A DNA stretch of 64,000 nt from Podarcis melisellensis. Lineage: Eukaryota. The stretch lies in NCBI GenBank assembly GCA_964234715.1, contig OZ174284.1; one strand, given 5' to 3'. Position numbers and translations under genes: made by a program. The notes under the pieces were generated by a model. The model saw only the letters and a program-made list of their open reading frames with translations. It searched no databases and had not been told where the DNA came from. Positions 39,040 to 51,662 of the stretch are shown one piece after another (positions within the stretch are counted from its first letter, which is position 1; each line of letters opens with the position of its first letter).

Positions 39040-39721
39040 CTGCAAATAAAAACAATTCTCTTTAAGGATTGTCACAACTTTCATGATTTGAAATCCAACT
39101 TGCAGCAAGTTATTATTTCAGTGTGAATAAAAAGCAAGCTACTGAAAGCAAAACATACTGATAAACAGTAGTATGTATGTGCGCACACACAGAGTAATTG
39201 TTACGGCAAAATAAACTGAGTTACTTTTGTCTAATATTCTATTAGAATTTTATTTAAACATTCTTATTTTTTTTCTTATCGTTATGTGAGTCAGTGCTGA
39301 ATCATGAGTGACAGCAGTGCAAGACGTTCAGGACACTTTTTTCCAGTTAATGTAACTGACTCAGGCACAGGACTGACCACTAAGCCAACACAGTGCCAAC
39401 AGATACACATATACTTGCAGAGGCCTTTCCTAGCTCGAGCAGGATCCTGCAACAACACGCCCCCTGCTGAAATGAGGCATCAAGGAAGTCTTCCATTGTA
39501 GACAAGAGAATGATTTTTTCAAACCTAAGTTTCACTGGGTCTGTGTGGAAATGGTGCCACCTACCTGTGACACCAGCTCTATATGCCTATACTGTATCAG
39601 TTTTATCATTACAAGGCAAATAAAGAGAGGAGACAAGTAAATGTGTTCGAGTACATTTTTTTGCCCTTTTCCAAAATTACTCTTAACATTCCAGATTTAG
39701 TTGCATAATAATTAATGCTAC

Positions 39722-39841
39722 CATATTTAATAGGTCCAGAAGACTGTTCCTCTTCACTGCTGATATCACTGTCCAAATGAGTTTTTTCCCAGTGCTTAGG
39801 TTTCCATTTCCTTTTGTCTTTCCAAGTTGTAAACGGAGGGG
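39722..39841 (-). CDS. ZFC3H1: ZFC3H1 exon 20
   Basis: 120 nt; PPFTTWKDKRKWKPKHW...SGPIKY; donor gtagca. Confidence 0.92.
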
Positions 39842-40001
39842 CTATTTGCAAGAGAGATTAAATTGAAGTATACATTAAATTCTTTACATCATGTTTTATC
39901 ATCAAAGCAAATCTTGCTTATCCAGCTACAACAATTTTTTTAAAAAACTCCACTGAATACTGCTGTAGACTGGATCTTGAGATATTAAAGAAGTTACTTA
40001 C

Positions 40002-40103
40002 TGTGACCTTTGCTTTCATTGACATTACTAGCAAGAAGAACAGCCATTTGATCCATTGCCATGCGATCTTTGTTTACACCAAACAGTTTTTCAACATATT
40101 TTT
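40002..40103 (-). CDS. ZFC3H1: ZFC3H1 exon 19
   Basis: 102 nt; KYVEKLFGVNKDRMAMDQMAVLLASNVNESKGH. Confidence 0.95.
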
Positions 40104-40505
40104 CTGAAATAAGATGGTAGCAATAGCTAAGACATATTGTTATCAGTAATTTACAACTATATGCATTCATACTGTATATCCATGACCAAATCCACAGAAC
40201 TCTGATGAAACTTATAACACTACAAACTGTTTCAAAATAGTGGCATCAATGTCCATCAATACAACTGCAAATACTTTTCACTTTTATTATCTTTTGCTGA
40301 AAGCTTACACAGCTGAAATGTAAAAAGCAACTACAGATTTACACATGACAGCAGAAGGTTGAATCACACTTTGTTTAATATTAATATAGTGCAGAGTGAA
40401 AGCATGCATTAGGAAGCAGCTTGCTTCCTTAACTTTTGGTATGAAGCTAGAATACCTAATTGCGGAACTAAATTGCTTTGCTGGCAAGACCAACAAGCAA
40501 CATAC

Positions 40506-40627
40506 CTGTTGCTGTGCTTATCTCTTCATCAGTGCTTTTCTCTGAACAGCCTATCAGAGCTAAATTGTACGAAAGAACATCCTCAAACAGCTGTCTTCGG
40601 CTGAGAGTGCAATCTTTCATGTGTTGC
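40506..40627 (-). CDS. ZFC3H1: ZFC3H1 exon 18
   Basis: 122 nt; QHMKDCTLSRRQLFEDVLSYNLALIGCSEKSTDEEISTAT; supplies the zinc-finger His. Confidence 0.95.
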
Positions 40628-41093
40628 CTGAAATAAAAAATAATCCCACTTAAAAATCAGCCAAAGACTCTGTGAACATCATATCTAAAGTAAGTGAATG
40701 TTATTTTCAAACAGCATTTAAAACATTTCCAGAAACTCTAATAAGTGTGCAGCTGCAAGCCAAGTGTATACAAGACAGGATAGTGTACATATGCACTCTA
40801 CCTAATACTCAGGTGCCACTATTACTCATAAGGACTGACTTCAGTAATCCCGGTGTATTACAGAACACATCTCAAACTTTTTATTACTCAAAATCAAAGT
40901 GAACTTTGAAGAGCATCTCTGACATAATGCATCTCATGTTCAAATATTAGCTGTCATCTGAGAAGTTTAAATAAGGTCACACAGTTATGTCAATATGATA
41001 CGGCTACTAGCAGCTGAATACAAGTGTTTTGAGGGCAGGGTCCAGCCATTCAGGCAACCAATTTGTAATTCCCAATTCAATCCAGTGAACAGG

Positions 41094-41120
41094 TATTATT
41101 ATTATTATTATTATTATTAT
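41094..41120. repeat. (ATT)n microsatellite
   Basis: Read directly from the sequence. Confidence 0.93.
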
Positions 41121-41480
41121 AGATTTTAAATACCATGCAACATCAAAACTGAAGAATGTATAAAATGAGAATTGATGAGGAGACTAAATGGGTTATTTTA
41201 ACACTTCTAACGGACTGCAAATTAGGAGTGCTCTATAAAACACACACAAATAGCAATGACTTTCTTTTCCTGTAGGTGTCCCCAACCCACTCCACTCCAT
41301 TGATTAAGGCTTCTCCAAGCGCCTTGCTTCAAAACCCTAACTATGGGAGAAAGGATCGCTGGGCATTTAACCATGCATATTATTTCTTGGCTAGGTGAAA
41401 GGGAACGTGCTTTGGGGCTTTGGCTGCTGGCAGTTCAGAATACTGACTATTGCTCCTGGGTATGCAAGTTCTTACCATTA

Positions 41481-41699
41481 TAGTGGTACCTCTGATTATG
41501 AACTTAATTCGTTCCAGAGGTCTGTTCTTAAGTTGAAACTGTTCTTATCCTGAGGCATGCTTTCGCTAATGGGGCCTCCCGCTGTGCACACACCTCCTGC
41601 GCACGTTCACATCCTGGGGCAAAGTTCGCAACCAGAAGCAGCTACTTCCGGGTTAGCGGAGCTCATAACCTGAAGCATTCGTAACCAGAGGTACCACTG
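41481..41699. mobile_element. Tc1/mariner MITE related to the 10419-10676 element
   Basis: TIRs (T)AGTGGTACCTCTG...CAGAGGTACCACTG; TA flanks; shared internal ctaatggggcctcc. Confidence 0.85.
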
Positions 41700-42019
41700 T
41701 ACTGATATCTTTAAATGTACCCCAGGTTCATTTCTTTTTATGCACAGACCAGGACACATCTGTTTGTATAAGGGCAGGGATTCCCTCCACTGCCATGGCC
41801 AAAAAAGCCATCTGTGTACCTTTCCCCTCATTCCCATCCTTTCCAGGATACAAAAGTGAAACAGATTATTCAATGAACTCTCCTTTTCTTTTAACATAAG
41901 CAACAGACAAAAATATTTCTTAATCAAATGACAAATTTGCTTGGAATCCCAAAGGAATAGCCTCTGCAGTAGAGATCATTCAATTAAAGAAATATGAGGT
42001 GAAGGGGAGAATCACTCAC

Positions 42020-42151
42020 CATCGACAATCATCATCATTGCATGTACCCGTTAGATCAAAACGGCAGAAACACTGTTTAGGCTCAATCATATTGCTGTAG
42101 GATACTGAACTGAGGTAAAGCTTTTCTTTTGTTCGAAAATAGGGACTAAAC
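42020..42151 (-). CDS. ZFC3H1: ZFC3H1 exon 17 (C3H1 zinc finger)
   Basis: 132 nt; FSPYFRTKEKLYLSSVSYSNMIEPKQCFCRFDLTGTCNDDDCR. Confidence 0.96.
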
Positions 42152-42428
42152 CTAAGCAAAGTAACAACATAAGATGTTAATATATCCAGGCCAATAAAAT
42201 TAGCTCATGGTTAACACACAAACATGTACTAATGGTACTAAAATTGAACTTCACTTTTCGAAGATAATCATAACCATAAGCAGATATGTTGTACCACCTG
42301 CTGTTCATCCCAAAAGGGAATAGAAGCTTGTTTTTCTTTCATCCACAAAAGTATTTAAGACCAAGTCAGCTGGTAGTTCTTAATTCTTACCACCCACTTT
42401 TAAGAAATAACTCTGTCTTCTATATGTA

Positions 42429-42730
42429 CAGTGGTGCCCCGCAAGACGAACGCCTCGCAAGACGGAAAACCCGCTAGACGAAAGGGTTTTCCGTTTTGGA
42501 GGCGCTTTGCAAAACGAATTTCTTTATGGGCTTGCTTCGCAAGACGAAAATGTCTTGCGAGTTCCTGCGGGTTTTTCCCCTTTCCCCCCCTTTTCCTAAG
42601 CCGCTAAGCCGCTTATCAGCTAAAACCGCTAATCCGCTAAGCTGTCAATGGGCTTGCTTCGCAAGACGAACAAACCCCTATACGAAGAGCCTCACGGAAC
42701 GGATTAATTTCGTCTTGTGAGGCACCACTG
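42429..42730. mobile_element. Tc1/mariner MITE, CpG-rich and probably young
   Basis: TIRs CAGTGGTGCCCCGCAAGACGAA...TTCGTCTTGTGAGGCACCACTG; TA flanks; repeated CGCAAGACG motif. Confidence 0.88.
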
Positions 42731-43072
42731 TATTTTGTAGCTGTTTTTGTTTTTTGTTTACATGTGTATGTGTCCTCTTCATGTAATGCATTTAAATTGT
42801 CTACAGTTTGGTGTTTGTTGTTCTAAATGAAAGTCCAATAATTACAAATGCAAGGGCGATTTAGCAACATTTGCTACCAAACTCATTTCTCACATCTGCA
42901 GAGCTCTTCCTCTTCAAGGATCATAAATGTAGCTATAGTTCTACAGCTCTGTTCTCCATTGCTACTCCAAAGCTCACCATTCTTTCATATAAAGGAGTTT
43001 ACAACAGAAATCCCCAACCATACTCAAAGCCGCTATGCAACATAGCATCCTTAATCAACTCAGTATTCATAC

Positions 43073-43182
43073 CTGTAGGATTTAAAAACAAGAAGTGGGC
43101 TATGATAAGGTCCAAACGGATATGGCTTCCCTTCTGTTTGTTTACTTGGAGCTGTGAAAGGGTCCACGTCCACTTTTATTTC
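43073..43182 (-). CDS. ZFC3H1: ZFC3H1 exon 16
   Basis: 110 nt; EIKVDVDPF...PFGPYHSPLLVFKSY. Confidence 0.95.
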
Positions 43183-43281
43183 CTAGGGGAAAGATACAAT
43201 ATATAACCATACAGAGACTCAAGCCACAGTAATTCATTAAAAAAACTTGATCTTTTAGTATTAAATAGTGCACTGAATTAC

Positions 43282-43830
43282 CTGCCCATGTAAGTTTTCT
43301 TCATTAGAAACCGTAAGAATGGTATTTTCTCTCAAGAGATCTTTTAAGCCATCAGCTTTCCCATAGAGTTTTTTCAGTTCATCAATATTCAAACCCAAAA
43401 AGAGCTCAGGTTGTTCCAGTGCCTTTTTAGAAAGTTTGCTTGAAGTTTCTTGCTTGGGGGTGTCAACGTGCTTAAGGTTAGGTTTAGTAGAAGAATTTGA
43501 TTCTCTGAAAGACCTCCTTCGTTCTCTGGTGGAATTGGACAAAATTTCATCATCACAATAATTCTCTTCTGTATCTAATGTCAGTTTGTCTTGTGTCAGA
43601 TCATGAAGGGAAGGTTGAGGTAGTGCAAATTCAGGTTCCTCTTCTGTAACAGGAAGAATATTTGATCGGTCCTTAGTCTGATGGGCATGGGCCTCCTTCA
43701 GCTGCTGAATTTTTAGAGCATATTCATACTGTAGTTGCTGTAATCTTTTTTTCTCCAGTGCAATCAGCTCTGCTGAATGTTTCTTGGGGCTCGACGAAGG
43801 AGATTTCTCCAATTTCAATATTTTGTTTGG
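43282..43830 (-). CDS. ZFC3H1: ZFC3H1 exon 15
   Basis: 549 nt; PNKILKLEKSPSSSPKKHSAELIALEKKRLQ...PQPSLHDLTQDKLTLD...LHGQ. Confidence 0.95.
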
Positions 43831-45141
43831 CTGCCAAGAAACACACTCAAAATTCTTAATACTTCACATTTACAGTCAAGATAAATAAATAAATACACAC
43901 ACACACTTCTGACTAGCTTTGTAGTTTAAATTCTTACCAGACAATTCACACATACAAATGGGAAAATCAGAGCATAATTTACCAGTGGTATAACTATTAG
44001 GGTTTCAATTAATCTATGTCATTTCAAGTATATTTCCAAGAACCCACAATTTTGCTCTCCGTGGGAAGAGCTAATTCAGTCCTTAGGCAAAGGTGACAAA
44101 CCGCAGGCTCTCCCCCAACTTAGACTAGCGGGGAGAGGGGATGGATAATCCGAAGCCCAGCCTGGAATTTGTTTTGACTCTATGCATGTCAGGTGCTTGG
44201 AACATGTGCACTTAGCCTACAAATACAGAAACAACCTCCAAACTGATCTGTTGGCTTCTCAGCAAGGGAAGAGACTAAGCCAGTCTCTGCAACCTCCATG
44301 CAGCTCCAAGCTGGTGGGAGCAGATGGAGTTTGTCTCTGTTCTAATGGGATATTCTGAGCACCTGACAAACTCTAAGCCAAGCCTCCAGCTCTGCCTCCT
44401 ATTGTCCATCTGAGCTGGCAGAAAGAAGTGTGTGGCCTTGAATACAAAATGACAGCTTTTTCTTTGCACTTACTAGGCAAGCCTTTACCCTGCTGAGCTC
44501 AGTACTACCTAGAGAGCAGGGGCATGTTTTCACATAGTACAGAATCCCTCACACTGCCTTCCCCAGTTCTAACCTTAGGTCTGAAATGGGCAGAGGGGGA
44601 TTGTCTCTGACATTGTGCTGTATTTCAGAGGCTCGGCATAAAGTGAAATGTCAACAAGCTTTTAGGTACAGTAGTGTAAGTTTTAATATTCAAATCTGTT
44701 GAACATGATCTCTGAAAGCTATGATTTCCCAGAATGGACCCAACAGTTGAGGCGCATTTCATGGGATTTTTGACTTTTTAATAGTAAGGATAATAAATGA
44801 ACACCAAGATCCCTGTGCCGGATCACAAATTGAATTTGAAAATCTCACTTTCAAATTCCATGTGCCAAGGATGGGTGCCCTTTGAGAAAGAACTCCAAAC
44901 CCTCCTTAGGACGCAGAAAAAGTAGAATGCTACTTGGATTGTGGCCAGTGTTCATAATGCAACAATCCCTTATGCTTTCTCCAAGAACTGTGAACTGGTA
45001 TTATAAAGCATAGGTGTGTTTGGAAGTTCATTTCAGCTCTCAGTTAATATTCTTGTTTTCTGGTCTACAATCTGCAACAATGGAAGTCCATTAAATACAA
45101 TGATAGCTTCTTTAACACTAAGTTTTCAAGGCTATACTTAC

Positions 45142-45273
45142 TCCAAAATGATCATATTCAAGTTTTCGTTTTCCAAGTTCTTTGCTAGCCAGTGCTTTCG
45201 CTCGAGCAAGCTCTTCTCCATATTTTAATGCTAGCGCTTTTTTTGCTGTTACTCGTTGCTGTACTCTGTGGAT
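45142..45273 (-). CDS. ZFC3H1: ZFC3H1 exon 14
   Basis: 132 nt; IHRVQQRVTAKKALALKYGEELARAKALASKELGKRKLEYDHFG. Confidence 0.95.
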
Positions 45274-45439
45274 CTGAAATATTTATGCATTCTTCAGATG
45301 TCACATTTGAATCCAAGCATGGATATAAACCAAATAAGCTAACCAATTAGTCTGAAATATGTCTAGTAAAAAATGACTGTCCTACAACACTACAGGTAAA
45401 CAAGCATGTTTTATAGTGCTATAGAAAAAGACAACTTAC

Positions 45440-45614
45440 TTGTTCCTGAAGCTTCTTCAAGAATACTTTATTAGCATTTAATATCTTCTCTGCTGCTTGC
45501 AGCTGCTCATTAAGTTTTGCAATCTTGCTTTCAGCAAGACGAACAGTCTCTTTCTTTTTTGCCTCTTGCTGCAATAGATGTTTCAACACAGATTCATCCT
45601 TCATCAAGAGAAGT
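45440..45614 (-). CDS. ZFC3H1: ZFC3H1 exon 13
   Basis: 175 nt; LLLMKDESVLKHLLQQEAKKKE...FLKKLQEQ. Confidence 0.95.
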
Positions 45615-46421
45615 CTAAAGAAAAGAAAATGGAGTTCAAATTTCACCTATATTCATTTCTAGATACAAAAGCTGTATGAAATTAGAGCCACCATCTAAAC
45701 TGTTCAAAGTATCAAGGTATTATTTAAGTTTATATTAAGGTTATTGTTGGGGGATTTTTAATGCTGTGAAGCTGCAGTGAGCATTATACTGGGGTGGGAA
45801 GGCACAGGCAGAAAAACACAGAGAAGCGGAGAGCTGGTGGGGAGATCACCACTGCAGTTTCCCAGCGGACAAGGAAAGCTGCTTGTGAAGGAGCAGCACC
45901 ATTCAAGATCCAATCCTTCTGCTTAGTAGGAAGTTCCAATCATGCATGGAGCTGCTCCTTCGTGAGCAACTTTTCTGCACACAAGTTAAGGGGCGGATCG
46001 GAGACAAGGGTAGAGCGAGGATGGCTGCTGGGGAGAGGCATCGGGGACGAAAACTAAGGAGCCAGGATCAGGGAGCACAGCACCCAAACAGGCTGCCCCC
46101 AACCAGCAAAAGGCAAACAAATAAGAAGAGGACTAAATGAGCTTCTTTAAAGCTGTTGTTTTATTTTCACTGAGATTAAGGAAAGTCATTCTCTCATAGT
46201 ATTTTGTTCATAGGCAGGTCCAGCTGTTTCGATATCTAAATCCGCTTGTATGTGTAGCATAGTACGGGTGCAAAGTTCTCATGTTCAGATAAGGGAATTT
46301 TTACTTAATGAGTGGATAGATAGTGGGACCTGCATATAATTAAAGTGAAGTGTCCCAAACACACAAACAACACATACTAACCATTGCTACGGAGGGTTAC
46401 CATTAAGATGAGGAGACTTAC

Positions 46422-46568
46422 TTGTGCTTTTTGAGTTTTGCCTCTGCATCTGTAACTTGTTTTGTTACTATTGCTATCCTACCAACCCCATCAACTTCAA
46501 CGTCAGAGTTTGCTGGTGATGAACTTGTCTTCAAGGGTTCAGATATTATCAGGCGTTGTTTCTCCCTG
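46422..46568 (-). CDS. ZFC3H1: ZFC3H1 exon 12 (TAGCAG tandem acceptor)
   Basis: 147 nt; REKQRLIISEPLKTSSSPANSDVEVDGVGRIAIVTKQVTDAEAKLKKH. Confidence 0.93.
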
Positions 46569-46838
46569 CTAAAATATTCAAAACACATTATTTTCAAAAC
46601 TTCAGTTTTCAGACAAAAATCTGAAGCTTATTTTCCAAGAAAGATTTGTTATCACTACCACTTTGAATTAGAATAGCTCACAAGATAATTTATAAATAAA
46701 ACCAAAGCTTTAAATAAACAAAATAGAATAATTAAAAAATATGGATGACTACATCAGGCCACTGATTTTTAAATCAGTCAGTTTTTGGCTAACAACTCAA
46801 GTGCTTTTCTTGATTTTCACTGTGCGAAGCCCAAATAC

Positions 46839-46957
46839 CTGGCAATCTCTTCTTTTAGGAGTCTGTATTCAATCTTTTTATCTTCTGGTAAGGCCTCTGG
46901 GGTTCTTACAGGGTTGTTTTCTTTTTCAGATTTTAAAGGTGCTTTGGGTTTTGAGGC
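46839..46957 (-). CDS. ZFC3H1: ZFC3H1 exon 11
   Basis: 119 nt; ASKPKAPLKSEKENNPVRTPEALPEDKKIEYRLLKEEIA. Confidence 0.94.
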
Positions 46958-47993
46958 CTGTAACAGAAGAATCCAACACTGTTATATATAGGAACCAAAA
47001 TAAAAAACTGAAATTATTGAAGAAAGGGAAATTGGATTTACCACAAAGTTTATTTCTATCTAGAAGACAGGATTAACACTACTGATTCAGAAAGCAGGGT
47101 CAACCAACTTTGCCTCTTTTAAAGGGAGAGTTCCTCTCCAGTTTTGGAAAGGAAAAAAAAAATTGAGTAAGAACAAACTAAGTGTAAGACTTGAGGAAAA
47201 AATGAGCCATCCACAAGGGAACCGGAATAGCCAGGGAAATATAAGGGAAAAGTAAGTAGCAAAAAGACACTTTCAAAAGGATATTATGAGTCCAAGTTAT
47301 AGCTTATTTTAACAGGATACAACTTGCCCCCACAGCACCCAAAAGTCAAATCCTTCTCTAGTGCTGGCAAGATCTTACATGCTCTCCTACCTAGCTATGA
47401 AGATTCCTTCTGTAAAGTTATGTCCAACTTCTCTTTTTCATTTAATGGTAGAAGACCAGGCAGAACAAGGATACTCTGAGGCAGAACCACATTCCGCAGT
47501 GGGTTCCAGAGTAAACAGACTATTATGGGCAATTCTCTGGAAAACCTGCCGTGGCACACACCTACTGAAAGAGGCGCACTGCTGGAGCCCAAAGTAAATA
47601 CACATTGACTATCTCATATCCCCAATTAAAAATGAGGGCCAGGACAAGAAAGCAGTGCAGTGCTGCCGACTCCTGTGCTCAATTAGCAGTCTTCACCAGC
47701 AAGAGTGTGAAACAGGACCTCCTTCACTGAATGAGAACATGACAAAGGAGACCTGGAGCTCTGACAGGTGATCTGCTTATTGTATAGCTACCCAAAGGGA
47801 TCAGTGCGAACAAGTACTAAGCTCCTGCTTTCACTTCAGGTGCAGGAAGGAAAATAAGACAAAATGTACTTAAAGATAAAAGGCTGGCAATGACTTTCAC
47901 TCCTTGTCGGAAGGCGGGCTCAAGGACTGGGATGAACTCTTCTCTGAAAGGAATAATTTGTTTCTCCTAACTTCTGAACCAATTAAGTCTACC

Positions 47994-49440
47994 CATACCT
48001 TCCAACATTTCTCCAATAAAAATAGGGATGTCCCATTCCATAATGATAATTTTACTATTTATATCCCACACATCTTACTGGGTTGCCCCAGCCACTCTGG
48101 GCTGCTTCCAACATATATAAAAGAAGATTCTCCCAGCCTAAATGGGTGCTGGATGGCCATAACCTCGAACAGGTAAAATACTTCAGCTACCTAGGGCTCA
48201 CATTCCATCATACAAGATCTTGGAAGCACCATTGGCAAACCTCCCTTCAAAAGGCGGAGATTACAAAGCTAGCCATACATAAATTCTTCTTCACAAAGGG
48301 CGGCAAATATGTTCCAGCAGCCTTAAGGGTTTTCAACGCAAAGCCCGTTTCCCAACTCCTGTATGCAGCAAATGTCTGGCATAATGGGGACCTGCCAAAG
48401 CTAGATGGCTTTCAGGCAAAATTTATACGATCTCTGCTGCAGGTACCTAACTGCGTCCCCAACTCCGTACTTCTGTTGGAAGCTGGTGAATGCCCAATTT
48501 CAGCTAGAGCATGGTGGGCTGCCCTAAGACATTGGCTCAGGATTTCAGTGTTTAATCTAGGGAAGGGTCTGTACCAACATATCACCAATGAGGAATTTGT
48601 CAGCAAATGGCAGAAAACCATGGCTAAAAAAGCCACCTCTATTGGTCTGTCTCCCCCCCAACTGTATTACCTGGGCTATGAAGGCGCCCAAAAGGCTTTA
48701 AAGCAAAGATTATGGGACAATGCACACAGTGACTTGCGATCTCGGTCACACGCAGTCTGTAGTCCACTGGCAGCAGGAGTTCAATATGGGTATGTCTTTG
48801 AGTTAACACCTTACATCAAAAACCTGACAGTACCTAACTATCGAAGCCTTTTCACCAAGGCCAGACTGAATGTCTTCCCCTCTGCAGTGCTGGATGGTAG
48901 GTTGAGAGGAGTTCCCTACCAGGACAGACTTTGCTCGTGTGCTCAAGACATCGAGTCCATAAATCATATTTTGTTACATTGTGCGAAGTATGAGCAGGCC
49001 AGGGCTGAACTGATACTACCCTTGCTGGTGCCTTTCCCGGGAAAGTCAGAGGCTCACTATGTCAGGTTCCTACTGGAAGACCGGACAAAAGCTAGAACTT
49101 TGGCAGTGGCAAAGTTTTTATCGGTGGTTGAAAAAACAAATGAGCCCTATATTCCAAACAAAGTGCTTGATTAACCTGGAGGTAGGCTGTATGAACTCTG
49201 TATTGATTTGTAATGTTTTGTTGGTCTCTGGACCGTAATAAAGATTGTTTGTTTTGTTATAAAAACAGGATTGCCTTCAGGCGGCTTGGGGGTCAGATAA
49301 CACCATACCCTCCAACATTTCTCCAATGAAAATAGGGACATCCTAAGGAAAAGCAGGACATTCCAGGATCAAATCAGAAACCAGGACAGCTTCTCTAAAT
49401 CAGGGACGTCCCTAGAAAATAGGGACACTTGGAGGGTTTG
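47994..49440. mobile_element. Composite non-autonomous TIR-like element carrying an L2-like fragment; host of the RTE-X-like insertion
   Basis: Ends CATACCTTCCAA...TTGGAGGGTTTG; a 40-bp direct repeat at 47994 and 49304; GGGACA motifs; L2-like ccccagccactctggg segment. Confidence 0.65.
48123..49257 (+). mobile_element. 5'-truncated non-LTR retrotransposon (RTE-X-like); C-terminal RT/thumb and Cys-His region with an open frame to 49174
   Basis: FSYLG RT motif; LLY...VW; RLCSC...H...C; short 3' UTR with AATAAA and a (TTG/TTTG)n tail; 7-bp TSD TATAAAA at 48116-48122 and 49258-49264. Clade assignment is tentative. Confidence 0.85.
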
Positions 49441-49588
49441 TCCTTCCTGTTCTCCTACCTATAGACAAGGAAGTCTGTTTTACACAGCTGGCCATTGCAA
49501 TACACAGCAAATGCAGGTTAAGATTTTAAAAAACTACGTTTCATGTGCTCTTCTCAAAGTATGTCATTTCCACATCCATTTTATTTAC

Positions 49589-49726
49589 CTCTACAGTCCT
49601 TCGAGCTTCTTTGATCATAGATTCTAGGCCACCAAACACACTAGCAGCAGAGATGGGTTGTTCTGCATCTGATTCACTGTCATCTGAATCATTCAGTGTA
49701 ACCACGACTGACTTGTGCTTTGGAAG
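49589..49726 (-). CDS. ZFC3H1: ZFC3H1 exon 10
   Basis: 138 nt; LPKHKSVVVTLNDSDDSESD...VFGGLESMIKEARRTVE. Confidence 0.95.
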
Positions 49727-49980
49727 CTAAAGAATTAAAAGGTTAAATAATTTTGAGTGAGCAATACTCTTAAGAATAGTGGCGTTGTTCTTCTTTGAAA
49801 GAAACAGTACACAGGAACCAACCTAACCCACCTCCAAAATGCTACTGTTCCCAGTTGCCGAATCAGCACAAACCAACTAGCTAGGATTTTGCATGTTAGT
49901 TTCTTGCCCTACTTTGGCAATGTTAACCTCAAACATGATGCACCTTCCTATATGAAGCAAAGTAAAAAATATTTCATTAC

Positions 49981-50145
49981 CGTAATCACTGTTCGTGGGA
50001 GTCTTGGTACTCTAATAATCTTTGTGTTCTTTACACGAGGTTGAGAAACAGTGTTAATACTGACGGCTGAAAGATTGCTTCTTGGCACGGCATGGGAGTT
50101 ATTCGGGAAAGGCGGTGAAGGTGGACCACTATTACTTGAGTTCTC
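49981..50145 (-). CDS. ZFC3H1: ZFC3H1 exon 9
   Basis: 165 nt; ENSSNSGPPSPP...PRSNLSAVSINTVSQPR...PRLPRTVIT. Confidence 0.95.
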
Positions 50146-50655
50146 CTATAAATAAATAAATAATCAGAAAAGCCACTGTGAAAGGCTTTCAAATATTTAA
50201 ATACACAAATGCTGCCAAAACGTAACACAAATATAGCCTGCTCAGCCTGTTAGAAGCTGCCACTTTAGAAGGCATAGATTTTTAACAACAACAGAAGCCA
50301 TTGAGCATGGAAATGGCCACCATCAGCTGTAAGTAAAGTAATCGTTGCTCAGATTTCAACCATGTGAAATGTCATAATCCTACTAATTATCCAGCTGAAA
50401 TAGCTGGGACAATACCAAACAAGTGGGAGGCAACTCGTTCAGTTTACAGCAAATTTAACCCTAACCAACAGAACTTTAAACTCCTTTTAAGGTTAAAGAA
50501 CAGATTATGATGGTTAAAGAACTGCATGCCACCTTCAAGTTGTCCAGTCACACTTTTGTTTTTCCAAACTAACACAAAAAAAATTTTCTGGTGTAATGCA
50601 GATCATAATGCACCAGGGCTGACATCTAGTGGCTATATTTAGAAGTGATGAATAC

Positions 50656-50859
50656 CTCCGGTTTGAAAGCTCGTTTGTTTGCTAGAGATTTAAGTAGCTC
50701 TTCTCGTAGCAACATTTCTTCCTCCTCCTCCTCATCTGCAAATGGTGGTTTGGGTGGCTGTTCAGGTTCTTCAGGTGGAAGTGGAGGAAGGGGTGGTAGT
50801 GGCTCAAGAGAAGCACTTGAAATACCTTCCACGTACAACTGGCTACCTGGTGGCAAAGC
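50656..50859 (-). CDS. ZFC3H1: ZFC3H1 exon 8 (proline-rich)
   Basis: 204 nt; LEPLPPLPPLPPEEPEQPPKPPFADEEEEEEMLLREELLKSLANKRAFKPE. Confidence 0.95.
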
Positions 50860-51490
50860 CTTAAAACGTTGGAAAGGAAGAGAGAAATAGCTTAATTACT
50901 ACTTGACCTTCACAAATAGTGTGCCAAGCACATCTGGCTCATGCTACGCTTCAATACAAAACATCAGCAACTCCAAAAGCCAAGATACTGCAGTTGAAAA
51001 TCAAGATTTTCCAAGGCAGAAAATAACAGAGAATGACTTGCTTATTCAAAACCATTAGTCGCCAGTACTAGACTGCACTAAGCAGTTGAACTTACTCCCA
51101 GGTAAGTGATTTTAATTATCCATTTTAGTTCCTTAAATAACATTTAAGCAACACAACTCTAAAAACGCACAAAGGTTTAGTAGTAAGTAGCTATATACTG
51201 ACTGGGGATTTTTTTATTTATAGTTCCAGGAGAAGAAATAGGTAGCACAGGATATAGAAGCTCAGTGATATTAGTAATAGCATTAATCAGTAATAAGAGT
51301 GGGACTAGAAATAATTTTGATCCAGGCAAAGTCCCATTTCAATATATACCAGAAGAAATAACTTCCAAGACAGCCTGAAGGGATGCACACAAAAGAGAAG
51401 CGCACCATAATTTAAAGATAAGCTGGTCTAACAATATTTCTGGTTTCAATTGTTTCTACTTCAAAACGACCATCTTGAAAAAGAACTTAC

Positions 51491-51588
51491 TGAAATCTGT
51501 GCTGCAAGAGGCAGTGTTATTTGTGGAATGGTAGGAGAAAAGTATCCAGCAGGGCATTCAAAATACGGAGGCTGCACTGGAGATGATG
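51491..51588 (-). CDS. ZFC3H1: ZFC3H1 exon 7
   Basis: 98 nt; SSPVQPPYFECPAGYFSPTIPQITLPLAAQIS. Confidence 0.92.
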
Positions 51589-51662
51589 CTACAAGAGGAT
51601 TATGGAAAGCAAAAAATAAAAGGTTACACTAGGCAAGATTTTATTTATATAACCTTTATATA

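Noticed and set aside
48083-49174. 363-aa ORF as a nested host gene or domesticated protein
   Set aside because: It begins at a non-ATG codon in flanking repeat sequence and is a truncated RT C-terminus with a TSD and tail, so it is a LINE copy.
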